Source: Coleofasciculus sp. B1-GNL1-01 | GTDB lineage: Bacteria; Cyanobacteriota; Cyanobacteriia; Cyanobacteriales; Coleofasciculaceae | DNA: 16,310 nt | Reading direction: 5' to 3' (one strand) | NCBI GenBank assembly: GCA_040220235.1 | Contig: JAVJTO010000160.1 | Shown here: in pieces, positions 1 to 8,205 of the stretch | Layout: each line of letters begins with the position of its first letter | Numbering within the stretch: the stretch's first letter is position 1 | Notes under the pieces: model-generated | Seen by the model: only the letters and a program-made list of their open reading frames with translations | What the model was told of the DNA's origin: nothing | Database searches by the model: none | Translations under genes and position numbers: made by a program

Positions 1-15
1 TAAAAATTCAAATAC

Positions 16-44
16 TTGACTGAACAATAATTCAAACATAGACT
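16..44 (+). promoter_or_regulatory. Possible sigma70-type promoter (-35 TTGACT, 17-bp spacer, -10 TAGACT)
   Basis: TTGACT at 16-21 and TAGACT at 39-44 are exactly 17 bp apart. The context is AT-rich, so a chance match is possible. The nearest downstream CDS starts at 682. Confidence 0.3.
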
Positions 45-78
45 TGGTTTAATTTTCTACAGAGGATGCTTCCCATAA

Positions 79-131
79 TTAAGCCTAGAACTAAAGTTCT
101 GGCTTAAAGCTAAAACCCGTTAAAACGGGTT
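79..131. repeat. Two tandem palindromic (REP-like) hairpins
   Basis: TTAAGCC(t)AGAACT-aa-AGTTCT-GGCTTAA at 79-107 and AACCCGTT-aa-AACGGGTT at 114-131. Confidence 0.6.
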
Positions 132-208
132 GTGAAATTTACTCAGTAAGCTCGATTCTTACTTAAGCTAAAAAATAATAAATTTATTTTCTGGTATCAA
201 AGTTGGCA

Positions 209-315
209 ATACAGCTCTTTGCGCTGTAATAAAGTACAGTAGATCAAAGTCCCCCTTTTTAAGGGGGATTTAGGGGGATCGACAATGTACCGCATAGCAG
301 AGCAAACTGCTGTAT
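209..315. mobile_element. MITE-like element with 30-bp imperfect terminal inverted repeats and an internal CCCCCTTTTTAAGGGGG hairpin
   Basis: The left end (209-238, ATACAGCTCTTTGCGCTGTAATAAAGTACA) matches the reverse complement of 286-315 (ATACAGCAGTTTGCTCTGCTATGCGGTACA) at 22/30. The ends are TA-bounded and the internal hairpin lies at 251-267. Confidence 0.7.
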
Positions 316-345
316 AGCACATAATGACGAAATCCTTGTAGTGCG

Positions 346-394
346 TTTAGCGAAGCCATGCCGCAGGCTTTAGCGAAGCCATGCCACAGGCTTT
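346..394 (+). repeat. Tandem duplication of a 23-bp small dispersed repeat TTTAGCGAAGCCATGCCRCAGGC
   Basis: Copies at 346-368 and 369-391 differ by one base. Each carries an AAGCC-N8-GGCTT hairpin. A partial third copy CATGCCAAAGGCTTT lies at 490-504. Confidence 0.85.
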
Positions 395-457
395 GCATCT
401 TGCTCGCGACTAATACCCAATTTAAATGCATGACAGCTTAGTAAGGTTTTGACTTCA

Positions 458-489
458 CTATTGCCTATTCCCTGGCGCGTAGCGCTATA
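458..489 (-). mobile_element. Remnant end of a TATAGC-terminated MITE with heptamer repeats
   Basis: The minus strand reads TATAGCGCTACGCGCCAGGGAATAGGCAATAG. Its first 12 nt match the ends of the 5983-6089 element (TATAGCCCTACG / TATAGCACTACG) at 11/12, and it carries the same CCTATTG-type heptamers. Confidence 0.5.
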
Positions 490-681
490 CATGCCAAAGG
501 CTTTGACATTTCAAGTTTATGTCTTTGGCTAGATTTGGTAAATTGCGCTTTAGGCAAAAATATACAGGCATGAAGTCTATTCGTGGGTTCTTAAGGTTGC
601 GGTGAACGTTATACTGTTTAGTTTCCAAGGCTTGAGATCCTGATTTTAAAACTCAATAACGCTAAATAAATTATTACTATT

Positions 682-1221
682 ATGGACAAGGTTGTTTTCT
701 TTTATGGAGGGATTGAACCGTTAATCCGCATCGTTGTTGTCGGAACCTTAGCCTATATCAGTTTACTCTTATTGCTACGGATATCTGGCAAACGCTCCTT
801 AGCTCAGTTGAATGCCTTTGATTTTGTAGTTACGATTGCGATTGGTTCTACCCTGGGACGATTAATCACGGCAAAAGGCGTATCGTTAGCTGAAAGCGTC
901 ATTGCATTCTTGACGCTACTTTCCTTACAATACGTGGTTTCATGGCTAACGGTTCGCTCATCGCCATTCCAGAACGTAGTCACAGCAAGTCCCTCACTGC
1001 TGTACTTTCGAGGTCAATTTTTACACAAAGCCATGCAACAGCAACGGGTTACCCAAGTCCAATTATTAGCGGCAGTGCGTGAAAACAGAATTGCTTCTTT
1101 ACAAAACGTAGAAGCGATTGTCATGGAGTCAACTGGAACAATTGCTGTTATCAAAAAGGAAACTGTGGGAGAACAAACTGATACTTCTGCACTGAGTAAT
1201 ATTCCGAAAATTAACCATTAA
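682..1221 (+). CDS. DUF421 (YetF-like) membrane protein
   Basis: 179 aa with three N-terminal hydrophobic helices, the family motif LRISGKRSLAQLNAFDFVVTIAIGS, and a C-terminal P-x-LL-x-x-x-G ... AIVMESTGTIAVI segment typical of DUF421. Confidence 0.9.
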   Translation: MDKVVFFYGGIEPLIRIVVVGTLAYISLLLLLRISGKRSLAQLNAFDFVVTIAIGSTLGRLITAKGVSLAESVIAFLTLLSLQYVVSWLTVRSSPFQNVVTASPSLLYFRGQFLHKAMQQQRVTQVQLLAAVRENRIASLQNVEAIVMESTGTIAVIKKETVGEQTDTSALSNIPKINH

Positions 1222-1292
1222 ATCGGCTCTCCCGTACTTACGGTGATAATAAAGTCTTATGAATTAAACCAAAGTCCCACGGTGTAATGCTT

Positions 1293-1417
1293 GTAGTGGC
1301 GTGGCACACCTTATTTGATGAATTAACCATTAGCCGCGAAACCGTAGGGGTGCAAAGACTTGCGCCCGATTCAATGGTCACATCTAATCCACAATTTTAG
1401 CTGTGTCAATCCAGTAG
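1293..1417. mobile_element. Nested MITE-like element bounded by GTAG direct repeats and carrying a REP-like hairpin
   Basis: GTAG occurs at 1293-1296 and 1414-1417. The ends are imperfect inverted repeats (GTAGTGGCGTGGCACACCTTATTT vs reverse complement CTACTGGATTGACACAGCTAAAAT, 15/24). An internal GTAG-GGGTGCAA-agac-TTGCGCCC hairpin lies at 1344-1367. Confidence 0.5.
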
Positions 1418-1442
1418 GTTGGGTTGACAAAGGAAACCCAAC
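1414..1442 (+). repeat. GTAG-family REP-like hairpin
   Basis: GTAG overlaps the start of the perfect 8-bp stem GTTGGGTT-(gacaaagga a)-AACCCAAC. Confidence 0.65.
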
Positions 1443-1688
1443 TAATCAAGCGATTAAGCGAGGTTTTATTCAAATCAAGCTAATCGCCCCACACATAAGC
1501 AAATCTTATCACATTATATACGGGAGAACCAAGTCTGTGTTTAAAGGAACAGAGAACAGGGAACGGGAAATTCAAGACCCGCCGATTCCCCCATCAAGTC
1601 ATTTGTGCTAATACAGAGAAAGATACAACTAGGCGTATCACTGATTAAGCCAAACCCGGATCGCTAAAGTCAAACTATCATACCCACG

Positions 1689-2333
1689 ATGCAACCTGAC
1701 TTACAGGGACTCAAAATCACCAAAGGAGAACTCAAACATTTGAGTGGAGTAAGTGTTGATACTGTCCTGAAACCACCGACTCTGCCCAAATTCGTCGCGG
1801 AGATTACTAAAACCCTTTTGATTATTATCCTGATTAGTCTAACAGGGTTTATACTTCTCCAGGTTTTTCCGGAACATATTAAGTTGTTAATTGCTATCCC
1901 TTCCATTCTTGCCATCACCTTATTCTTCAACGATATTCGCAAAATTGCCATTAGCCGCAAATGCAAGAATTTAATCCGACTATTTGAAGATGTAAACCGA
2001 TTTAATCGAGTGATTCAAGCCATTGATATTAATGACAAAATTGAAGCCGTTGGTAATCCGGGTGTGGCGTTAACAAATCGGGGACAAGTTATTCAGGCAC
2101 TTCGGCTAACCCGTGACGATATTATTCGAGCCTTAAAGACTGAGCGAATTCTTAGGGAAAACGACAAGTTTATCAAATGCAATTCTGAATTGTTTGATAA
2201 TAACCTCATGGCATTGACAGCTTTACAAGTTAGCGACCAAGCGACGGAACATGGGCGTTTACTCAATGAGGCGTTACAGATTGTTGTAGATGTGCAGCAG
2301 GAAATGAGAGCATTACAAAATCGGCACTCATAA
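1689..2333 (+). CDS. Hypothetical membrane protein (two TM helices and a helical/coiled-coil C-terminus)
   Basis: 214-aa ATG-start ORF with two hydrophobic segments (about aa 38-60 and 64-80) followed by an amphipathic helical region. No function recognised. Confidence 0.8.
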   Translation: MQPDLQGLKITKGELKHLSGVSVDTVLKPPTLPKFVAEITKTLLIIILISLTGFILLQVFPEHIKLLIAIPSILAITLFFNDIRKIAISRKCKNLIRLFEDVNRFNRVIQAIDINDKIEAVGNPGVALTNRGQVIQALRLTRDDIIRALKTERILRENDKFIKCNSELFDNNLMALTALQVSDQATEHGRLLNEALQIVVDVQQEMRALQNRHS

Positions 2334-2373
2334 CATGACATGAATTTTAAAATGGAAGTCTCTATTCTTTTTA

Positions 2374-2401
2374 ACATAAGACATAAGACATAAGACATAA
2401 G
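2374..2401 (+). repeat. Heptamer tandem repeat (ACATAAG)x4, STRR-like
   Basis: Four perfect copies in the 72-bp gap between two convergent genes. Confidence 0.9.
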
Positions 2402-2405
2402 AAAA

Positions 2406-5400
2406 TTAAGACTTTTTCCACGCATACCCTAATAACCAAAACAAAACTGTAGCAATGAGGGCGACGGCGGTAGATATAGGTGAATTGGAGACAGTAATTA
2501 CCACACAGATAATGGCAGTGAGTAGGAGTAGTACCTGTAGAACTAATATTAGCGGTCGCTTGCCGATAAAATTGGGACTCTGAAACGCGGTGGGACTTTT
2601 TAATTGTAACCACCAATAGACAAGTTGTAATGACTTATTCACAAATTGATAACTTAAAAGCCCTTGAAGTTTATTTGCACGTTGTTTTCCTAGAGTCGTA
2701 ATTATAATATCTCGCATAATTAAAGCCGCACGAGTAGCAAGATTTGCCAGCACAATTCCAGGAATATCTTTTAAAATGGTTTCTTTACCAATCCGGTATT
2801 GATTGCGAAAGAAGTCTTCTTTTGCTTGGGTATAAAACCGACCAATAGCATCTTTGGCTAATTGTGCCGCTGCTAGAGTATTCACCGTTTTCCCAAAATA
2901 ACCTGGAACGGGTTGATAACTGGGTGGTTCATCACCGAGTTGAGCAAGTAATCGTTCCACATCATCAGGATCAGTGGGTTTAACCCGTTGGCGATTCCAG
3001 GTTAGTTGTTCGCTGATTTCATCTTCAATCACTGTTTCTAAGTCGGTCATTAAAATTGAGCGATGACCTTCTAAAACCAGATCGTCTAAAATAATATGCA
3101 TCGCTGCATCAGACAGATTTGGATCAGCTAATAAGCGAAGATGGGATTTGAGTTTCTGACGAGTGTTGGCTGTGGAATCGGGGAAACAGTCTTGAACCAG
3201 TTGTTCTAAGTATTCATCTTCTGTACATCCTTGTACTTGGGTTTGTCGCGCCAAGAAAATTGGAAAATTTTGCAATGATTCACGAGTAACTAAGGCTTCA
3301 ATAAGACGATTGAGTCCATCTAATCGTCCCCACAACATATCATTGGAACGCCATGATTTCTTAAAAAATCCGCCAAAAGCTTGTAATGTATCCCCAGCCA
3401 ATTTATCATCTAAGGTTTTTCCCTTCCCTAACCCTAGCTGAGCATCATCTGGACTAAAGCGAATTGTCTCAATTATATCTTTTTCAGAAAGATTGGTTAA
3501 ATATTCAAAGGGATAGAGTACCCGATCTAAGTGACAAAACTGTTGGTAACGATTGAGAATATCCTCATAAGCGTTGAGTTTACTGGTTTGAATTAATTGT
3601 TCTGATGCCTGATTAATTTGATGGAGAATGGAGCAAAACAGTTGACTACAGTTTTCTGGATCGCTATCCTGGTATTTTTGATCCGACCAAATACGGTTGA
3701 GTAGGGATGGATCATCATCAAGTTGGCGAATTTTTTGCTGGAATTGGGCAATAATACTAGAAATCTGTTTTTGCGGTAACCAGTTACTTTGTTTTTCGGG
3801 AAGCGGGTTGGACTCTACTCCTAACTGTTCCGCAGCGGTGGGTAATGTCTTAAAAAAGTTGGCGGGAACGAACTCTAGGCGATTTTGATCTAAGCCGGAT
3901 GGAGATAGGTCATTTAAACCATCCGCATCAAAGAAAAAGCGGTGCAAACGCAAGAGACGATCATAAACTTGTTTGCGCCACTGCTGTTGAAATTCCGGAT
4001 CAGAATTTTCTAAACTTTGCTCCAGTAAACTGTAAAAAGATTCACTAACCTGCGGATGACTGAGTAATGTATCTAACGTAAAGCGGATTACTTCGAGCAG
4101 TTTAAGTTGTCGGTTTAACCGACTGACAAGTAATCGCTGCTTATTATATTCATCGATTTCGGTTGTTTTCTCAAGCTGCTGAAATAGCTTATCAATAATA
4201 TAGAAATGCTTCCTCAACGCATAGTCTATATCCAGATTACGAATATGCTGACTAGCTTGTTGAAGAATTATATCTTTATCTTGACTGTCGGTTGGGGTGG
4301 TGATACCCGCAATTAACCGTTGTCCGGTTTTCTCTAAAATGACTTTTTTATCAATCCCTGAAGCCGTGGTTTGCTGTCGATCCATGCGTAAAATCAGGGG
4401 GAGAATGCGATCGCGCAAACCAATCAAGCGGCTACGGAGGTAAATCTCTTCACTAACGGTAATTTTGTGGGAAATACCAGGCGTTGATGGATCGGGTGCT
4501 TCCACACTAGCGAGTATGCTGTTATAGCGGCTGATTTTATCGTTTTGGGCTTGGATTAACTCCAAATCGTTGCTAATGCTTTCATACGTCGGGAGTCCAA
4601 CTAACGCATCCTGAAGCACATCCCAGGTGCTAGGCTTCGCCATGGCATTAAATTTGGGATTTCCCAAGAAGCGATCGGGATTGGGATCAATATAAATCAG
4701 CTTGCGATCAACGGGGCGGTTAGCGGTGCGAAAATAGATATCTTTAATCGTGTAACTAAAGGGTCGATTATCTAACACCCCACCATCAATAAAATGGAGT
4801 TGATAACCCTCTGGCGGTCGTTGTTCGGGTAAATTACGATTGTCCATTTGCCCCCATCGAATCAGTCGCTGATCAATGTCATTGGCATCGTTATTTAAGC
4901 CAACATTAACCGCTGGAAATGCCACCGGAAAGCATGAGGTAATTCGGCAAAGTTTTGCCAGGGATTGATAGGTTTGTTCTGGCGTCCGACTTAAATCCGC
5001 TGGGTCACTATCCGGATTAAAGGGTTCGTGACGTCCCTGACGATGCTTGAGGTGAAAAATCTGGCGGTGATTTTTAACTTCAATGACTCGACCTGTATCA
5101 TCAAATAGCTGGTAAATTTGTCCCAGGATGTCAGTTCCGGTGACAAATAAATCGAGTTCATTCAACTCAGATACCCACTCGCCATCTGGCGCATCCGTGC
5201 AATTATAAATGCCTTTTTCAAACGCTTCGGCTAGGGCTGTTTGATAATACCCAGCACCATCCAAAACCGACTCCCGTTGAGTTTCCTGGGTTGAGGGGTG
5301 ATGCATTAGTTCACGGATATTCCCACTGTCACGCCAAATTTGCCCAAATTCTTTAAAGTCAACAATTGTGTCTTTGGTGCTATTGGCAAGGGCGTAACTC

Positions 5401-5636
5401 AGTAACACGCCATTAATACCACCGGCTGAGGTTCCGGATAGAATATCAACAACAATATCCGCATCTGTTAGGGCTTTAATCAGTTTATAGATACCTCGAC
5501 CCCGTACAGCATTATAGAATTCGCGGCAGATACCATTCATATAGATGGCGAGAGAAACACCACCATACACGACGAGTCCTAAGCGATGTTCGCGACGAAA
5601 TTCAGGTTTTCGGAGGGGGTGACTAGGGGTAGGCAT
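2406..5636 (-). CDS. Patatin-like protein with C-terminal DUF3376-type region and membrane anchor
   Basis: 1076 aa. It has the oxyanion loop YGGVSLAIYM, the nucleophile elbow GTSAG and the catalytic DGGVLDNRPF. The motif KLAGDTLQAFGGFFKKSWRSNDMLWGRLDG is typical of DUF3376, and there are two C-terminal hydrophobic helices. Confidence 0.9.
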   Translation of the reverse strand: MPTPSHPLRKPEFRREHRLGLVVYGGVSLAIYMNGICREFYNAVRGRGIYKLIKALTDADIVVDILSGTSAGGINGVLLSYALANSTKDTIVDFKEFGQIWRDSGNIRELMHHPSTQETQRESVLDGAGYYQTALAEAFEKGIYNCTDAPDGEWVSELNELDLFVTGTDILGQIYQLFDDTGRVIEVKNHRQIFHLKHRQGRHEPFNPDSDPADLSRTPEQTYQSLAKLCRITSCFPVAFPAVNVGLNNDANDIDQRLIRWGQMDNRNLPEQRPPEGYQLHFIDGGVLDNRPFSYTIKDIYFRTANRPVDRKLIYIDPNPDRFLGNPKFNAMAKPSTWDVLQDALVGLPTYESISNDLELIQAQNDKISRYNSILASVEAPDPSTPGISHKITVSEEIYLRSRLIGLRDRILPLILRMDRQQTTASGIDKKVILEKTGQRLIAGITTPTDSQDKDIILQQASQHIRNLDIDYALRKHFYIIDKLFQQLEKTTEIDEYNKQRLLVSRLNRQLKLLEVIRFTLDTLLSHPQVSESFYSLLEQSLENSDPEFQQQWRKQVYDRLLRLHRFFFDADGLNDLSPSGLDQNRLEFVPANFFKTLPTAAEQLGVESNPLPEKQSNWLPQKQISSIIAQFQQKIRQLDDDPSLLNRIWSDQKYQDSDPENCSQLFCSILHQINQASEQLIQTSKLNAYEDILNRYQQFCHLDRVLYPFEYLTNLSEKDIIETIRFSPDDAQLGLGKGKTLDDKLAGDTLQAFGGFFKKSWRSNDMLWGRLDGLNRLIEALVTRESLQNFPIFLARQTQVQGCTEDEYLEQLVQDCFPDSTANTRQKLKSHLRLLADPNLSDAAMHIILDDLVLEGHRSILMTDLETVIEDEISEQLTWNRQRVKPTDPDDVERLLAQLGDEPPSYQPVPGYFGKTVNTLAAAQLAKDAIGRFYTQAKEDFFRNQYRIGKETILKDIPGIVLANLATRAALIMRDIIITTLGKQRANKLQGLLSYQFVNKSLQLVYWWLQLKSPTAFQSPNFIGKRPLILVLQVLLLLTAIICVVITVSNSPISTAVALIATVLFWLLGYAWKKS

Positions 5637-5859
5637 CGTGCGATCGCGGATTTAGGTGAGTGGTACAAAAGTGTTTGACCAGGATATTTCTTAATTCATA
5701 CCATGTTACGGTTGATAATTGTAGGGTAAGGGTGTAGGGAAGGGGACACGATGCGAAACTCCAGAAGTTCACGGGGGGACAAGCTAGCTGAAGTGTTGAG
5801 CTATCCTACTTTTAGCCAATTTCTTCCCGTCACAGATAGGGTCAAAAATAGCAGTTTTA

Positions 5860-5936
5860 TCTGGGGGACCAGCCCCCCAGACCCCCCGATGGGGGACGAG
5901 CGCCTCCCCCATACCCCCTGCGCAACGCTTCGCTAA
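5860..5936 (-). repeat. GC-rich double-hairpin dispersed element with a TTAGCGAAGC head
   Basis: Hairpins TCTGGGGG-accagc-CCCCCAGA (5860-5881) and ATGGGGGA-cgagcgcc-TCCCCCAT (5889-5912). GCTTCGCTAA at 5927-5936 is the reverse complement of TTAGCGAAGC in the 346-391 repeats. Confidence 0.6.
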
Positions 5937-5982
5937 TCCCATACCTCATCCGGTGGTCTTCGTCTGTCAATAAGGATGTCAA

Positions 5983-6089
5983 TATAGCCCTACGGGGTAC
6001 GGAAAGGACATTCCCCTGTTGCCTATTGCCTGTTGCCTGTTGCCTTTTCACCCAATTGTATTGTCCTAACCTTAATGCGTAGTGCTATA
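5983..6089. mobile_element. TATAGC...GCTATA MITE-like element with internal heptamer repeats
   Basis: 5983-6010 (TATAGCCCTACGGGGTACGGAAAGGACA) matches the reverse complement of 6062-6089 (TATAGCACTACGCATTAAGGTTAGGACA) at 21/28. An internal (CCTRTTG)x4 array lies at 6015-6042. Confidence 0.75.
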
Positions 6090-6199
6090 AGACTTTATCT
6101 TTGGAGATATTCATATCGCTCAAAGCCTTATTTTCAAGGGTGTAAGACTGCTTGTCACCCCTTCAGCTCCAGAAGCGTAGGATACGCGGCGGAATCTGC

Positions 6200-8143
6200 T
6201 CAAGCTGTTTCCTTTTGTTCAAAGTCCAGTTGCTGATTTAGATAAAACTTAAACTTCTGGCGTAATTGTTCAACACTCATATTCTGTGTCCAATATTCTA
6301 CCAAAGCGTGACCAAATGCCCACGCATTGCGATCAGGTGAAGATGAATTGTCCAGCAATAATGACCACAGCGATCGCAAGTCGAATTGCATCTGAGTATC
6401 CCCTGCACTCAACAAGGAGAATAAGTCATACGCCATCTGTAATTTGCCAATGACTACGGGTAACTGTTCGACTGGAATTTGTTCAGCCAGGGCAAACGCT
6501 AACGTGGGAGATCCGGTTGTTACTGTGGATACAAACTGTAGCACCGGACTTTTCAGAAACGCTGTCAACCCCTGAGTCGTTGCCATCTGAAACGTATAGT
6601 GGTCAATAATTTTAGCCGCTTCCGCTGTACGGGCTTCTCGGTTTCGCAAAAAGCGGGCAAGACGCAGTTGTTTGGCAGGTGCGATCGCGTCAACTAATGC
6701 TAATGATAGCGCCTCGATATTCCAAGGGGTGCGCCCGGTTTTCCCATCCGCCGTCACCACAGGTAACACGCGATCGCACCATTCCCCTAAACTTTCGGCG
6801 CGATATTCTGTCGCTTCCCGAATCGCTTTTTCTTTGGTTCGTTCACCCCATTGCCAATCATAAGGGGGTTGCCATTCCCGGATCGGGCGCAGGCGATCGA
6901 CTTGGGTGACGATTGTAATGGTGGGTAAGTCTTCAATATCTGCTTGGATTTCCTTGAGAAACTCCGCATCAATATGTAGCGCCGGATCGAGGGCGGGGGT
7001 TACCAGTAGCAGTAAATCGGCGTTCGTGGCATAATCGAGTACCAAGTCCCGCAAATCGGATCGGTTGACTTGTTCATATCCCGGCGTATCCCACAGCGTC
7101 AGGGTTTCTCCAGTTGAAGTTTGCCAGTGGTAATTTTGGATGCGATCGGTACTGGGTAAGACATCGACTTCGGCGCGTTCTGCCTGAAATAATGTATTAA
7201 TTAGGCTACTTTTACCCGATCCAGTACGCCCCACCAGCAAAATACTCACGGGCTTTTGTTCAACCGCTTCTACAGGTTCAGCTTGTTCGAGGATATCGCG
7301 CAGGGTTTGGGTTTTTACCTGGGGGAGTTGCGGTTTGGGTGGGGAGACGGTTGTTGAACCCGGTGGGGTACTGCCACTATACAGCGCGATCGCTTGTCGA
7401 GATAAATTCTTTAACGCCGCTTCGCGCAGCATCTGTGCCAAATTCATCAACAGTTGCTGGGTAGCTTGGTTACTCGAACGCTTACTCGCTTGTTTGGCTA
7501 GCGCCGCCACCGGATTGACTACCCACTGCGCCCAACTCCACGCTTGCCAGAGTTTGCGGGCGGAGGGTTCGAGTTTCTGGTACACTTCGTAGGCTTGCAA
7601 TCCCTGTCCCACTGTCACCTGACTCAACGCTGGCGATAACTTCTGCATCCACTGATCTAAGTCATCCACCGTCCCCCGAATCAGCCCATAAGCTTGGGGA
7701 ATGTAGATATTGAGTAAGGGATATTTCGCCTCCGGCTGATAGATATGGGCGATGGCGATCACAAGTTCCTGACATCGTTGCCAAAAGGTTTGCCAGTCTT
7801 CCCAGATGGGCGGATCATCCTGTGCTTTTTTCAGCACCGTTTGCAGGGCGGCTTCGGCGTTTTGAGTCGCCTCATCTGTGGCGGGTAAGGCAGTTGTTTC
7901 TTCGGTGGTAGCCTCGAGTTGATCGCTAACCTCCGCTACCGCTGCTTCTACCTGATCAACGGTTGTCCGCGTCCATTTTACTAGCAGCCAACGCCATCCG
8001 GCGAAGATCAGGATAAAGATACCCCAGATCCAATTAATTCCCCACTCATGGATTTGCCAACCCGCAGATAAGAGTAAGAAGATAATCATGGACGCGATCG
8101 GCATTGCCAATACGATCCACTGCCACCATTTTAATCGCACCAT
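6200..8143 (-). CDS. Membrane-anchored P-loop GTPase family protein (MMR_HSR1/Era-like G domain)
   Basis: G1 GRTGSGKS, G3 DTPG and G4-like TQVD, with two N-terminal TM helices. The start is placed at ATG 8143 (MVRLKWWQ, 647 aa) rather than the GTG at 8164. Confidence 0.88.
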   Translation of the reverse strand: MVRLKWWQWIVLAMPIASMIIFLLLSAGWQIHEWGINWIWGIFILIFAGWRWLLVKWTRTTVDQVEAAVAEVSDQLEATTEETTALPATDEATQNAEAALQTVLKKAQDDPPIWEDWQTFWQRCQELVIAIAHIYQPEAKYPLLNIYIPQAYGLIRGTVDDLDQWMQKLSPALSQVTVGQGLQAYEVYQKLEPSARKLWQAWSWAQWVVNPVAALAKQASKRSSNQATQQLLMNLAQMLREAALKNLSRQAIALYSGSTPPGSTTVSPPKPQLPQVKTQTLRDILEQAEPVEAVEQKPVSILLVGRTGSGKSSLINTLFQAERAEVDVLPSTDRIQNYHWQTSTGETLTLWDTPGYEQVNRSDLRDLVLDYATNADLLLLVTPALDPALHIDAEFLKEIQADIEDLPTITIVTQVDRLRPIREWQPPYDWQWGERTKEKAIREATEYRAESLGEWCDRVLPVVTADGKTGRTPWNIEALSLALVDAIAPAKQLRLARFLRNREARTAEAAKIIDHYTFQMATTQGLTAFLKSPVLQFVSTVTTGSPTLAFALAEQIPVEQLPVVIGKLQMAYDLFSLLSAGDTQMQFDLRSLWSLLLDNSSSPDRNAWAFGHALVEYWTQNMSVEQLRQKFKFYLNQQLDFEQKETA

Positions 8144-8205
8144 TGTCTGATACCTGCCACACAAAAGCCTCCGTTATCGCTATGGTAATTGAAATGGCAA
8201 CCAAT

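Larger units (their letters stand above)
1223..1532. mobile_element. MITE-like element (GGCTCTCCCG-ended family, copy 1) containing nested insertions
   Basis: The left TIR (1223-1249, TCGGCTCTCCCGTACTTACGGTGATAA) matches the reverse complement of 1506-1532 at 21/27 and the reverse complement of 15091-15117 at 24/27. Confidence 0.7.

Noticed and set aside
346..394. 23-bp direct repeats as a CRISPR array
   Set aside because: The two units are directly adjacent with no spacer, and there are no cas genes in the window.
1360..1611. 83-aa ORF
   Set aside because: It has a TTG start, lies almost entirely within nested MITE/REP sequence and has no protein-like features.
5640..5860. Possible structured ncRNA or riboswitch upstream of the patatin gene
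   Set aside because: I could not recognise any conserved RNA family motif. A covariance-model (Rfam) search would be needed.
5751..6236. Short ORFs 5751-5936, 5857-6051 and 6033-6236
   Set aside because: They are read-throughs of repeats; for example, QQATGNRQQ is simply the translated heptamer array.
8144..8164. GTG start at 8164 for the GTPase
   Set aside because: The in-frame ATG at 8143, directly before the basic/TM segment, is more plausible. This is not proven.
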